Shown piece after piece: positions 29,430 through 39,048 of a stretch of DNA of 64,000 bases (the stretch's first letter is position 1; the number at the start of each line of letters is the position of its first letter). The DNA comes from Acidiferrobacterales bacterium (lineage in GTDB: Bacteria; Pseudomonadota; Gammaproteobacteria; Acidiferrobacterales; DATGVQ01): contig DATGVQ010000216.1 of the NCBI GenBank assembly GCA_035300145.1, forward strand, positions 439 to 64,438. Direction: 5' to 3'. A program made the translations under genes and the position numbers. Below the pieces are notes generated by a model. That model was given only the letters and a program-made list of their open reading frames with translations. It did no database searches and was not told where the DNA came from.

Positions 29430-31724
29430 ATGAATACACGTATCGATATTTCGCTTTCCCGCCGCGAATTCCTGAAAGCCTCCGGCGCGCTCATCGTCTG
29501 CGCCTCGATGCCCGGGCTGGTCGGCGAGGCGCTCGCGCAAGCCGGCGTCGCGGCTGCCGGCAAGCCGGCAGTCGTGCCCGATGAGCTCGACTCCTGGGTG
29601 GCAGTACTGCCCGACGGCCGTATCGCCGCGTTCTTCGGCAAGATGGACATGGGCCAGTGCCTCGACGTCGCCATCGCGCAGATCGTCGCGGACGAGTTGG
29701 ACGTCGGCTTCGAGCGTGTCACCGTGTACATGGGCGACACCGCGACTTCTTGCAACCAGGGTGGCGCTTCGGGGAGCACCGGTATCTTCTCCGGCGCCAA
29801 GCCCTTGCGCAACGCCGCGGCCGAAGCCCGCCGCATCCTCGTCGAGCGTGCTGCGCAGCGCCTGGGCAGACCCGCCGAGCAGCTTAGTGTCAGCGACGGC
29901 GTGGTCTCGGCTAGCGGCGATCCGGCCAAGCGCGTCACCTACACCGAGCTGATCGGCGGCCAGTACTTCAACTCGAAAGTCGAGTGGAATAAACAGGTTG
30001 GCAACACTATGGACGTCAAGGGCAAGGCTGCGCCCAAGTCGCCCTCGGAGTACAAGGTGGTGGGCAAGTCGTTCCGCCGCCGGGATGTTCCCGGCAAGGT
30101 GTTCGGCACCTCGGACTACGTGACGGAGATCTCGCTGCCCGGCATGCTGCATGCGCGGGTGATCCGTCCGTCGCAGGCCACCTGCACTGCGGTTAAGGTT
30201 GACGAAGCCTCGATCCGCTCGATTCAGGGCGCGCGCGTGGTGCGCGAAAAGAACTTCCTCGCGGTGGTCGCACCCAAGGAATGGGATGCGGTGCGCGCCG
30301 CGCAAATGCTGAAAGTGGAGTGGTCACAGGCGACGGATCCGTTCCCGCCTATGGACAAACTGCACGACCATATTCGGGCGGCGACCGTGTTGAAGCGCGA
30401 GGAGCCGGTAAAGAAGGGCGACGTCGACGCTGTGTTCAAAACCGCGGCGCGGGTCATCGAGGCCGAGTACGAATGGCCGTTCCAGTCGCACGCGAGCATG
30501 GGCCCGGCCTGCGCCGTTGCCGACGTGAAAAAAGACAAGGCCACCATCTGGACCGGCTCGCAAAAACCGCACTTCACGCGCGACGGCGTGGCGAAGCTGC
30601 TCGGCCTGCCGCCGGAGAAAGTGCGCGGCATCTGGGTGATGGGCCCGGGTTCCTACGGCCACAACGACGCCGGCGACGCCGCGCTTGACGCAGCGCTGCT
30701 CTCCAAGCTTACCGGCAAACCGGTGCGGGTGCAGGGCATGCGCCGCGATGGCATCGCCTGGGACCCGAAAGGCCCGGCATGCGTGCACCGCGGCCGTGCC
30801 GCACTCGATGCTTCGGGCAAAGTCATCGGCTACGAGTTCGTGTCGAAAGGCTTCTCACGGATCAACATCGCCACCAACGAATCCGATCCACGCGACAGCC
30901 TTGCCGGCATGGAGCTCGGCATGCCGCCCAAGCCGGAATTAGGTTTTGGCACCCCGGTCGAGAGCTATGACTTCGACCACAAGCGGCTTGCCTGGGAAGT
31001 CATTCCGCCGCTGGTTGAGCGTTGTTCGCCGCTGCGCACGTCGCACATGCGCGACCCGGTCGGGCCCGAGATCCACTTCGGCAGCGAGCAGTTTATCGAC
31101 GAGCTCGCCGCGGCGGTCGGCGAGGACCCGGTCGCGTTCCGGCTGAAGTATGTTACCGCACCGCGCGATGCCGCCGTGATCAAGGCCGCCGCGGAAAAAG
31201 CCGGTTGGCAGCCACGGCCGTCAGCGCGCGGCGACCGCTCGGGCGATATCCTCGCCGGTCGCGGCATCGCTTACGCGCAGCGCAACGGCACCATCGTCGC
31301 CGCGGTCGCGGAGGTCGAGGTCGAGCGCCGCACCGGCCGCATCTGGGCGAAGAAATTCACCGTCGCGCACGACTGCGGCCTCATCGTCAATCCCGAGGGC
31401 CTGCGTTATACCATCGAAGGTAACGTGGTGCAGGGCCTGAGCCGCACGTTGTTCGAGGAAGTGCGTTTCGACCGCAACAGCGTCACCAGCGTGGACTGGC
31501 TGAACTACCCCATCCTCGAAATCCAGGACGCGCCGGAGTCGATTGAAGTCGCGCTCATCAACCGGCCCGAGGTCGCGCCGACTGGCGCGGGCGAGCCGAC
31601 CATGCGCGTGATCCCCGCCGCTGTCGCCAACGCGTTCTTCGACGCGACCGGCGTGCGCCTGCGCCGCGTGCCGCTCACCCCGGAGAGAGTGTTGGCGGCG
31701 CTGAGCCAGACCGCCAAAACCTAG
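29430..31724 (+). CDS. molybdopterin-binding large subunit of a molybdenum hydroxylase (IorB type), Tat-exported
   Basis: I trimmed the track ORF (29370) to ATG 29430 (MNTRIDISLSRREFLKASGALIV), which has a twin-arginine-like SRREFLK. ~764 aa of xanthine dehydrogenase family sequence follow. Markedly GC-rich. Confidence 0.85.
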   Translation: MNTRIDISLSRREFLKASGALIVCASMPGLVGEALAQAGVAAAGKPAVVPDELDSWVAVLPDGRIAAFFGKMDMGQCLDVAIAQIVADELDVGFERVTVYMGDTATSCNQGGASGSTGIFSGAKPLRNAAAEARRILVERAAQRLGRPAEQLSVSDGVVSASGDPAKRVTYTELIGGQYFNSKVEWNKQVGNTMDVKGKAAPKSPSEYKVVGKSFRRRDVPGKVFGTSDYVTEISLPGMLHARVIRPSQATCTAVKVDEASIRSIQGARVVREKNFLAVVAPKEWDAVRAAQMLKVEWSQATDPFPPMDKLHDHIRAATVLKREEPVKKGDVDAVFKTAARVIEAEYEWPFQSHASMGPACAVADVKKDKATIWTGSQKPHFTRDGVAKLLGLPPEKVRGIWVMGPGSYGHNDAGDAALDAALLSKLTGKPVRVQGMRRDGIAWDPKGPACVHRGRAALDASGKVIGYEFVSKGFSRINIATNESDPRDSLAGMELGMPPKPELGFGTPVESYDFDHKRLAWEVIPPLVERCSPLRTSHMRDPVGPEIHFGSEQFIDELAAAVGEDPVAFRLKYVTAPRDAAVIKAAAEKAGWQPRPSARGDRSGDILAGRGIAYAQRNGTIVAAVAEVEVERRTGRIWAKKFTVAHDCGLIVNPEGLRYTIEGNVVQGLSRTLFEEVRFDRNSVTSVDWLNYPILEIQDAPESIEVALINRPEVAPTGAGEPTMRVIPAAVANAFFDATGVRLRRVPLTPERVLAALSQTAKT

Positions 31725-31747
31725 TTCGCAACAGCCTCAAATAAAAT

Positions 31748-31783
31748 GCCCGGCGCGGGAGACCGGCGCCGGGCGTTTTGTTG
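31748..31783. terminator. rho-independent terminator between the oxidoreductase large subunit gene and phoR (convergent)
   Basis: GCCCGGCGC-gggagaccg-GCGCCGGGC followed by GTTTTGTTG, with an A-rich run upstream (CAAATAAAAT). Confidence 0.6.
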
Positions 31784-31793
31784 TCACAAATTA

Positions 31794-33116
31794 TTAATTT
31801 ATCCTTTCTCTTTTCTCATCGACATTAACAATACGCGTGGCGGGAAATACGCAGGTAAAGGTGCTGCCTTTGCCAAGCTCGCTTTCGATCAGCAACTTCG
31901 CCTCGTGGCGCAATAAAACATGTTTGACGATGGAAAGCCCCAGCCCGGTGCCGCCGGTAGCGCGCGAACGGTCGCTGTCGACACGATAAAAGCGCTCGGT
32001 AAGATAGGGGATGTGGTGCGCCGGGATACCTTCACCGGTATCAATGACGGAAAATTTCGCGCCATCACTGTCGCTATACCAATGTAAATGTATTACACCG
32101 CCGGCGGGCGTGTAACGTATGGCGTTATTAATCAGATTGGAAAATGCGCTGCGCAGCTCTTCTGCATTACCAACCAATCTTAACGCGGGATCGCTCTTTA
32201 TGGTAAACACATGCTGGCGGCCGCTTAAGATCTCGCCCAGCTCTTTTAGAGAATGCAACATTACCGGGACATCAATGACTTCTTCATGCACATGCGCCGG
32301 TGACGTTTCCAGCCTGGATAGAACAAGCAGATCATCGACTAAGCGCTGCATGCGCAGCGCCTGCTCGTGCATGGTAACAAGATGCCTTTTTAAATCCTCG
32401 GTTTGCGGATGTTCCATATCTTTTAGCGTCTCCAAAAAACCGATCAGCACGGTTACCGGCGTGCGCAATTCGTGCGAAACGTTGGCGACAAAGTGCCGCC
32501 GCATTTCCTCCAGCCGGATCAGATGGGTAATGTCGCGGCAGATCACCAGCTTCTGATTGCTGCCAAAAGGGATGATTTGCACTGATGCGGTATAGCTGGG
32601 AGTGACCGGCGAGGGAATTTGCAAGGTCTCGCTGAAATCGCCGGTTTGTAGATAGGCGATAAGATCCGGATTACGCACCAGATTAATAATGCGCAGGTTA
32701 TGGTCGCGCGGCCAACGCAGCCCCAATAGACGCTCCGCCGCCCGGTTCGCCCATTCAATTTCGTTATGCTGCGAAAGAATGATTATGGCGTCGGGAATAG
32801 CGGCCGAGGCCTCCTGTAATCGTTGCAACGTATCCGTCAGCCGGTCTTTGCGGCGTTCGGCATCGCGCTCACGCTTGCGGATTTCATTAAATACATCGCC
32901 CCATACCCCCCCGGCTTCGGGCACCGCCCCGCGCTTTTTATTCAGCAGCCATTGGTGCAGATGATGCAAATGGCGCAACAGGAAAAAAACATAAACGCCG
33001 AGGCCGACGGCCAATACCCACGCAGGATGGCCGGTGATCGCGCCAAACACCAGGCTTGCGGTTAGAATCCCGGCAAACACCCATAATTCACGCCGCCAAC
33101 TGATATGCATGGTCAA
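31794..33116 (-). CDS. phoR: phosphate regulon sensor histidine kinase
   Basis: 440 aa. Two N-terminal TM helices, a PAS-like region, H-box FVANVSHELRTP, and N/G boxes (NLINNAIRYTP, DTGEGI, GGTGLGLSIV). Confidence 0.9.
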   Translation of the reverse strand: MTMHISWRRELWVFAGILTASLVFGAITGHPAWVLAVGLGVYVFFLLRHLHHLHQWLLNKKRGAVPEAGGVWGDVFNEIRKRERDAERRKDRLTDTLQRLQEASAAIPDAIIILSQHNEIEWANRAAERLLGLRWPRDHNLRIINLVRNPDLIAYLQTGDFSETLQIPSPVTPSYTASVQIIPFGSNQKLVICRDITHLIRLEEMRRHFVANVSHELRTPVTVLIGFLETLKDMEHPQTEDLKRHLVTMHEQALRMQRLVDDLLVLSRLETSPAHVHEEVIDVPVMLHSLKELGEILSGRQHVFTIKSDPALRLVGNAEELRSAFSNLINNAIRYTPAGGVIHLHWYSDSDGAKFSVIDTGEGIPAHHIPYLTERFYRVDSDRSRATGGTGLGLSIVKHVLLRHEAKLLIESELGKGSTFTCVFPATRIVNVDEKRERIN

Positions 33117-33802
33117 TCCTGAGAAGAAAAACGATAACCGGCGCCGCGTACGGTTTGGATCAAGCGGTCATGGCCGCTCGGCGCCAGCGCTTTGCGCAGA
33201 CGCCGAATATGGACATCGATCGTGCGCTCGTCGATATATACATTCTGACCCCAGACGTTATTCAACACCTGCTCGCGGCTGTATACCCGCTCCGAGTGGC
33301 TCATAAAAAAATGCAGCAGGCGAAATTCAGTGGCGCCCAGCTCTATCGGTTTGCCATTCGCCTCAACCCGATGAGTTACCGGATTAAGCGCAAGCCTCTC
33401 AATTTCTACCGGCGCATCGGCAGCAAGCGGGGCGGTGCGCCGCAGTAACGCCTTAATGCGCGCTAACAGCTCACGCGGAGAAAATGGCTTGGTGATGTAA
33501 TCGTCGGCGCCGGTATCGAGGCCCTTAATCTTGTCTTCCTCATGGGTGCGCGCAGTAAGCATGATGATGGGCAAATGCCCGGTCAGCTTCTCCCGGCGCA
33601 GGCGGCGGGCATAATCCACCCCACTTATGCCCGGTAACATCCAATCGAGCAAGATTAAATCAGGCAAGCCGGCCACGATAAGATTTTGCGCCTCGGCCAC
33701 ATCCGCCGCGCTCCAGCATTCGTAACCCGCCTGGCGCAATGCCAGGCTGACCATCTCGCAGATCGCGGCCTCATCATCGACAATCAAGATTTTTCCAGGC
33801 AT
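33113..33802 (-). CDS. phoB: phosphate regulon response regulator
   Basis: 229-aa OmpR-family protein with a receiver domain (ILIVDDE...DLILLDWMLPG) and a winged-helix C-terminus. 4-nt overlap with phoR. Confidence 0.95.
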   Translation of the reverse strand: MPGKILIVDDEAAICEMVSLALRQAGYECWSAADVAEAQNLIVAGLPDLILLDWMLPGISGVDYARRLRREKLTGHLPIIMLTARTHEEDKIKGLDTGADDYITKPFSPRELLARIKALLRRTAPLAADAPVEIERLALNPVTHRVEANGKPIELGATEFRLLHFFMSHSERVYSREQVLNNVWGQNVYIDERTIDVHIRRLRKALAPSGHDRLIQTVRGAGYRFSSQD

Positions 33803-33919
33803 GATTAATTATCTTAAAGGGTTACAATATTGTAACCGCCTCACTGCAAAGTATCTTGATTTTGTCAAAGCATGTCAGCCATCGGAATCATGGTTAATTC
33901 CCGCTAAAATCCAATCCCT

Positions 33920-34297
33920 ATGTCCAACGACACGATCAATCCCACGGAAATTAAGCTACATCAAAAATCGCGCGTCCTAGAAATCGCGTTCGAAGACGGC
34001 GACCGGTTCCGTTTGCCATGTGAGTATTTACGCGTGTACTCCCCCTCAGCGGAAGTCCGTGGCCACGGCCCAGGGCAGGAGGTTCTTCAAATCGGCAAGG
34101 AAAACGTAAATATTACCGCTATCGAACCGGTCGGCACCTACGCCGTATTGCTGCGCTTTGATGACGGCCATGCTACCGGTATTTATTCCTGGGATCTATT
34201 GCATAACCTCGGTGTACACCAAGAGGAATTATGGAACGAATATCTTAAACACCTGGAACAGGCGGGTTACATGCGTCAACCCAAACCATCGGGATAA
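33920..34297 (+). CDS. DUF971 domain protein (gamma-butyrobetaine hydroxylase-like N-terminal domain)
   Basis: 125 aa. [31 protein letters not shown] is typical of DUF971. It lies immediately upstream of ubiE. Confidence 0.65.
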   Translation: MSNDTINPTEIKLHQKSRVLEIAFEDGDRFRLPCEYLRVYSPSAEVRGHGPGQEVLQIGKENVNITAIEPVGTYAVLLRFDDGHATGIYSWDLLHNLGVHQEELWNEYLKHLEQAGYMRQPKPSG

Positions 34298-34299
34298 CT

Positions 34300-35064
34300 A
34301 TGGCTGAGAGCGGCGGTAAAAATAATAAAACCACGGATTTCGGCTTCCGCGAAGTGCCGGAAACGGCCAAGACGCGGTTGGTCGCTGATGTCTTCCATTC
34401 GGTCGCCGGCAAGTACGACTTGATGAATGACTTGATGTCGTTCGGCGTGCATCGCCTGTGGAAGCGCTTTACCGTGTTACAAAGCGGCGTGCGCCGCGGG
34501 CAACAGGTATTGGACGTCGCCGGCGGCAGCGGCGACCTCACGGCAAAATTCGCCCGCCTGGTCGGACCGGATGGGCGCGTGGTACTCGCCGACATCAACG
34601 ACTCCATGCTTGAAGTCGCGCGTGCGCGCCTCGCCGACCAGGGCATGGTCGGTAACATCGATGTCGCCCAAGCCGATGCCGAGAACCTGCCGTTCCCCGA
34701 CAATTACTTCGATTGCGTCAGTATCGCCTTCGGCTTGCGCAACGTAACGCGCAAACAACAGGCGTTGAGCTCCATGTTCCGCGTGTTAAAACCGGGCGGC
34801 AGGTTGCTCGTATTGGAATTTTCTCATCCTATCCTGCCGATTTTGAACAAGGCTTATGACGCCTATTCATTTAATCTCTTGCCGCTGCTCGGCAGATGGG
34901 TTACCAATGACGAAGACAGCTATCGCTACCTGGTAGAATCGATCCGCAACCACCCGGATCAAGAGACGCTTAAGGGCATGATGCAACAGGCGGGCTATGA
35001 GCGCGTGCATTATTTCAACCTAAGCGGTGGCATCGTCGCGTTGCACAAAGGCTATAAATTTTAA
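34300..35064 (+). CDS. ubiE: ubiquinone/menaquinone biosynthesis C-methyltransferase
   Basis: 254 aa. [10 protein letters not shown]...[26 protein letters not shown] and the SAM motif [11 protein letters not shown] are present. Confidence 0.95.
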   Translation: MAESGGKNNKTTDFGFREVPETAKTRLVADVFHSVAGKYDLMNDLMSFGVHRLWKRFTVLQSGVRRGQQVLDVAGGSGDLTAKFARLVGPDGRVVLADINDSMLEVARARLADQGMVGNIDVAQADAENLPFPDNYFDCVSIAFGLRNVTRKQQALSSMFRVLKPGGRLLVLEFSHPILPILNKAYDAYSFNLLPLLGRWVTNDEDSYRYLVESIRNHPDQETLKGMMQQAGYERVHYFNLSGGIVALHKGYKF

Positions 35065-35075
35065 TCGGGGTTGAT

Positions 35076-35708
35076 GTGAAATCCGCACAAATACTGAACG
35101 CAATATTGGAAGACGCCGGCAACCGCTTATTGCGTCTGGATCCGGAAACCCTGCGCCGTCTGGGCGTATTGCAAGGTAAGGTCATTTACCTTGAAGTTGT
35201 CTCTCCCTTGCCGGCCGGATCGCCGATAAATATTTATTTATCGCCATCCGAAGCCGGCCTGCGCGTGCTTAGCGACTACAGCGGAAAACCGGATGTCACC
35301 TTGCGCGGCGCGCCGTCGGCATTCGCCCGGCTCGGCTTAGGAAAAAAAGCCGAAATGGAGAGTTTTTTCGCGCGCGAGCTGGCCATAGAAGGTGATGTTG
35401 AACTGGGACAACGCTTCAAACGCATTCTCGATGAAATGGAGATTGACTGGGAAGAACAAGCCTCACACTTTATCGGAGACGTGCTGGCGCACAAGCTTGG
35501 CAATCTGGTGCGCGGCGCCAAAGCCTGGGGTGCTGAGGCCGGCGTCACCCTCAAAGAAGACCTCACCGAATATCTGCAAGAAGAAAGCCGCATGCTGCCA
35601 AGTCGCGCGCAGGTGGAGATATTTCTCGCGGCCGTCGATACGTTACGCGCGGACAGCGACCGCCTAACACAGCGCGTGCAGCGACTGCAAGGAACGCCCA
35701 AACAATGA
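35076..35708 (+). CDS. ubiJ: ubiquinone biosynthesis accessory factor UbiJ (SCP2 domain)
   Basis: 210 aa with a GTG start. SCP2-like N-terminal half (LLRLDPETLRRLGVLQGKVIYLEV). Conserved position between ubiE and ubiB. Confidence 0.7.
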   Translation: MKSAQILNAILEDAGNRLLRLDPETLRRLGVLQGKVIYLEVVSPLPAGSPINIYLSPSEAGLRVLSDYSGKPDVTLRGAPSAFARLGLGKKAEMESFFARELAIEGDVELGQRFKRILDEMEIDWEEQASHFIGDVLAHKLGNLVRGAKAWGAEAGVTLKEDLTEYLQEESRMLPSRAQVEIFLAAVDTLRADSDRLTQRVQRLQGTPKQ

Positions 35709-37363
35709 TGCGTCTGGCGCAGATTAAACGCCTGTTGCGCATCACGCGCGTGTTCGTGCGCCACGATCTGGATGAGTTTGTCCTGGCCCTGCATCTATTT
35801 CGGCCATATCGTCATCTGCTGCGCCTCTCGCCCTGGAACTGGCTGCCGCGCACACGCCTGCCCGGTGCCGTGCGTTTGCGGCTGGCCCTGGAGGAACTGG
35901 GCCCGATCTTTGTGAAGTTTGGACAAATGGTGTCCACCCGGCCGGACCTGCTGCCCGAAGACATCGCCTTGGAATTAAACAAATTACAGGACCAAGTGCC
36001 GCCGTTCCCCGGCGAAACCGCGGTAGCGGTGATCGAACAGGCGTATGGCGGCAAGCTGGAAGATTACTTCATTGAATTCGATTCCTCGCCGATCGCCTCC
36101 GCCTCCGTCGCCCAGGTCCATTTCGCCAAGCTAAAAGACGGCACCGAGGTGGCGGTTAAGATTCTGCGGCCCGACATCGAAACGATTATCGACCATGACC
36201 TGGCCTTGCTATACACCCTGGCGCGGCTTGCCATGCGCTACTGGCCGGACAGCAAGCGCTTGCGGCCAATTGAGGTGGTCAATGAGTACAACAAAATCAT
36301 CCACGACGAGATAGACCTGATGCGCGAGGCGGCAAATGCCAGTCAATTGCGCGCCAACTTCGTCGGCTCGGATTTATTGTACGTGCCAAAAGTCTTTTGG
36401 GACTACACGCGACGCACGGTCATGGTGATGGAGCGCATCAGCGGCATACCCATCAGCAATATCGAAGCGCTGAAGGCGGCGGGAGTCGACATGCGCCGGC
36501 TGGCGCACAACGGCGTCGAGATCTTCTTCACCCAAGCCTTCCGTGACGGTTTCTTCCATGCCGATATGCATCCAGGCAATATCTTTGTCTCGCCGGAAGG
36601 CCAATACCGGGCGGTGGATTTCGGCATCATGGGCAGCTTAAGCGATGAAGATAAATATTACCTGGCGCGGAATTTTCTCGGCTTCTTTAACCGCGATTAC
36701 CGCGCTATCGCCGCCGCCCATTTGAACGCCGGCTGGGCGCCGGCAACCACACGCGTCGACGAATTCGAGGCCGCGATCCGCGCGGTATGCGAACCGATCT
36801 TCGCCAAGCCGCTGAAAGATATCTCCTTCGGCAAGCTGTTGCTGCACCTGTTTCAGACCGCGCGGCGTTTCAAAATCGAAGTGCAGCCGCAGTTAACGCT
36901 GCTGCAAAAGACTTTGTTTAATATTGAAGGCTTGGGGCGCAGGCTTTATCCCGACTTGGACTTGTGGATTACGGCAAAGCCATTTTTAGAGCGCTGGATG
37001 CGCGAACAACTGGGCCCGCGCGCCTGGCTGCGCAGCCTGCGCCAAGAAATCCCGCGTTGGGCGAAGATCCTGCCCGAGTTCCCCGGCATGCTCTACGAAA
37101 CCTTGCGCAAGACGCAAGCCGGCGGCCTCGTTGAACCGGAAAATTCACAGGAGATCAGAAAGCTGCGGCGGGAAATGCGCCATTACCATCGACGCCTGGT
37201 GTTTGCGGTTGCCGGCAGCAGCTTATTCATCTCCGCTACCGTTATTCTCGCCTTGCGCGACCTGACCTGGACCGCCTTCGCCGGCGTGCCAGCGCTGAGT
37301 TGGCTGTTCGCCGGCGCCGGCTCGGTATTCTTTATGCTCGCCTGGCCGAGTAAAAATAAGTGA
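35705..37363 (+). CDS. ubiB: ubiquinone biosynthesis regulatory protein kinase UbiB (ABC1 family)
   Basis: 552 aa. LGPIFVKFGQMVSTRPDLLP, ASASVAQVH and the FFHADMHPGNIF kinase-like motif are present, with two C-terminal TM helices. 4-nt overlap with ubiJ. Confidence 0.95.
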   Translation: MMRLAQIKRLLRITRVFVRHDLDEFVLALHLFRPYRHLLRLSPWNWLPRTRLPGAVRLRLALEELGPIFVKFGQMVSTRPDLLPEDIALELNKLQDQVPPFPGETAVAVIEQAYGGKLEDYFIEFDSSPIASASVAQVHFAKLKDGTEVAVKILRPDIETIIDHDLALLYTLARLAMRYWPDSKRLRPIEVVNEYNKIIHDEIDLMREAANASQLRANFVGSDLLYVPKVFWDYTRRTVMVMERISGIPISNIEALKAAGVDMRRLAHNGVEIFFTQAFRDGFFHADMHPGNIFVSPEGQYRAVDFGIMGSLSDEDKYYLARNFLGFFNRDYRAIAAAHLNAGWAPATTRVDEFEAAIRAVCEPIFAKPLKDISFGKLLLHLFQTARRFKIEVQPQLTLLQKTLFNIEGLGRRLYPDLDLWITAKPFLERWMREQLGPRAWLRSLRQEIPRWAKILPEFPGMLYETLRKTQAGGLVEPENSQEIRKLRREMRHYHRRLVFAVAGSSLFISATVILALRDLTWTAFAGVPALSWLFAGAGSVFFMLAWPSKNK

Positions 37364-37377
37364 CGACGACGCTTAAA

Positions 37378-37458
37378 CTAAGGAGCTCTGATTAAGTCGT
37401 ATTTGTTATGCCGAGCGCGGAATCTGACAGCAATAATCTTGATCAGAGCTCCCCTAAG
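37378..37458. repeat. 81-bp MITE-like palindromic element (short member of the GGARSCTCTGA terminal-repeat family)
   Basis: CTAAGGAGCTCTGATTAAG ... CTTGATCAGAGCTCCCCTAAG, with a perfect 11-bp terminal inverted repeat (GGAGCTCTGAT/ATCAGAGCTCC). The same terminus recurs at 56017-56046 and, degenerate, at 57694. Confidence 0.5.
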
Positions 37459-37597
37459 AACAAATCATCATTTTTGAATTGACCCAGAATCGGGGCGCGT
37501 GATATTAAACGCATTAAATTTACTATTGAGAGCGCTTAATAGTTCTCACGAACCCAGGCGCAAGCTTCCTTCTCCCCTATGGGAGAAGAACAGTATT

Positions 37598-37734
37598 CGT
37601 AGGGTGGGTTAGCCCGTCAGGGCGTAACCCACCGGACGCGGCCGATGGTGGGTTACGCGCCCCACAGGGACGTGGAAGTGTCGCGGAAGACAGGATGTCG
37701 GGAGCGACCGGCTGCGCCGCTAACCCACCCTACG
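37598..37734. repeat. REPIN-like element: two inverted REP-type hairpins with GTAG heads
   Basis: The 9-nt core GGTGGGTTA/TAACCCACC occurs four times in alternating orientation (37603, 37625, 37647, 37721). Outer arms GTAGGGTGGGTTAGC/GCTAACCCACCCTAC are a perfect 15 bp and inner arms CGTAACCCACC/GGTGGGTTACG a perfect 11 bp. Confidence 0.55.
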
Positions 37735-37800
37735 TCCATTTTTGAGATAGCTTCTAAGTGTTTCTAGGGGCGAACCCCGGTTTGATTTCAGGAGAGCACT

Positions 37801-39021
37801 ATGCCAGCCATCAGCCGCCGCGCCAGCGAGCTCGGCACCGAAAATGCCTTCGTGGTCCTCGCGGAGGTCAGCCGCCTGCAGCAGCAGGGCAAGGACATCA
37901 TCTCGTTCTGCATCGGCCAGCCCGATTTCCCCACGCCGGTCAATATCCAGGACGCGGCGGTCAAGGCGATCCGCGACGGCAAGCACGGCTACACCCCGTC
38001 CGCCGGCATCCTTGAGTTGCGCGAGGCGGTGGCCAAAAACATCAGCCGCGCGCGCGACATTACCGTGAGCCCGGACGACGTGGTGGTGGGCGCGGGCGCC
38101 AAGCCGTTTATCGCCTACACGATTCTTTCGGTGACCGACCACGGCGCGGGCGACGAGATTATCTACCCGAATCCGGGCTTCCCGATCTACGAATCGCAGA
38201 TCCGCGCCATGGGCGCGGTACCGGTGCCGATCCATCTGCGCGAGTCGCGCGGCTTCAACTTCGATCCACGCGAGCTAGAGCTGAAGATCACTGCGAAGAC
38301 CAAGCTGCTTATCCTCAATTCGCCCCACAACCCGACCGGCGGGATTATCCCACGGGAGGACATGGCGGCAATCGCCGCGATTCTGGACAAGCACCCGCAG
38401 GTGTGGATATTTGCCGACGAGGTCTATTCGCGGCTGGTGTATGACGGGGAGTTCGTCTCGCTTACTCAGTTCCCTGGCATGCTCGAGCGCACCATCCTGT
38501 GCGACGGCGCGTCGAAGACCTGGGCGATGACCGGCTGGCGATTGGGCTACGCGGTGAATCGGACGCTCGCGCCGGCGTTCATCCGCTGGGTGACCAACAC
38601 CGAGTCGTGCGCCTCGCATATCAGCCAGTGGGCGGCGGTCGAGGCCCTCAACGGACCGCAGGACGACGCCAAGCGCATGCGCGACAGTTTTTTCGGGCGC
38701 CGCAACCTGATTGTGCGGCTGCTCAACCAGGCCCCGGGGGTGACCTGCCAGAGCCCGGGCGGCGCGTTCTACATATGGCCGAACGTGACTGAGGCCTGTG
38801 CCATGATCGGCGCGAAAGACTCGGAGGAATTCCGCGTGCGACTGCTGAACGAAGCCGGGGTCGCGGTGCTCGCCGACATCCACTTCGGGCCGCGCGTGCC
38901 GAACGAAGGCCAGCACATCCGCTTCAGCTACGCCGCTTCCAACGAGGCGATCGAGAAGGGCGTGGCGCGGATGGCGGAATTCATCCGCGCCAATACGAAG
39001 GTTAAGAAGAAGACTTATTGA
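37801..39021 (+). CDS. pyridoxal-phosphate-dependent aminotransferase, class I (aspartate aminotransferase-like)
   Basis: 406 aa. Contains NSPHNPTGG and SKTWAMTGWRLGY (PLP lysine). GC-rich relative to its flanks. Confidence 0.85.
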   Translation: MPAISRRASELGTENAFVVLAEVSRLQQQGKDIISFCIGQPDFPTPVNIQDAAVKAIRDGKHGYTPSAGILELREAVAKNISRARDITVSPDDVVVGAGAKPFIAYTILSVTDHGAGDEIIYPNPGFPIYESQIRAMGAVPVPIHLRESRGFNFDPRELELKITAKTKLLILNSPHNPTGGIIPREDMAAIAAILDKHPQVWIFADEVYSRLVYDGEFVSLTQFPGMLERTILCDGASKTWAMTGWRLGYAVNRTLAPAFIRWVTNTESCASHISQWAAVEALNGPQDDAKRMRDSFFGRRNLIVRLLNQAPGVTCQSPGGAFYIWPNVTEACAMIGAKDSEEFRVRLLNEAGVAVLADIHFGPRVPNEGQHIRFSYAASNEAIEKGVARMAEFIRANTKVKKKTY

Positions 39022-39048
39022 TTCAGCGCCATCGAGAAGGATTAGATA

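Noticed and set aside
29391-30305. 304-aa minus-strand ORF, plus many other 60-240-aa ORFs on both strands across 29.2-31.7 kb
   Set aside because: They lie antisense or out of frame within the clearly homologous Mo-hydroxylase genes. Their Arg/Ala/Gly-rich, low-complexity translations are typical of stop-poor frames in GC-rich DNA.
38275-38916. 213-aa minus-strand ORF and neighbouring ORFs overlapping the aminotransferase gene
   Set aside because: They are antisense to a gene with strong family motifs and show the same GC-rich artefact pattern.
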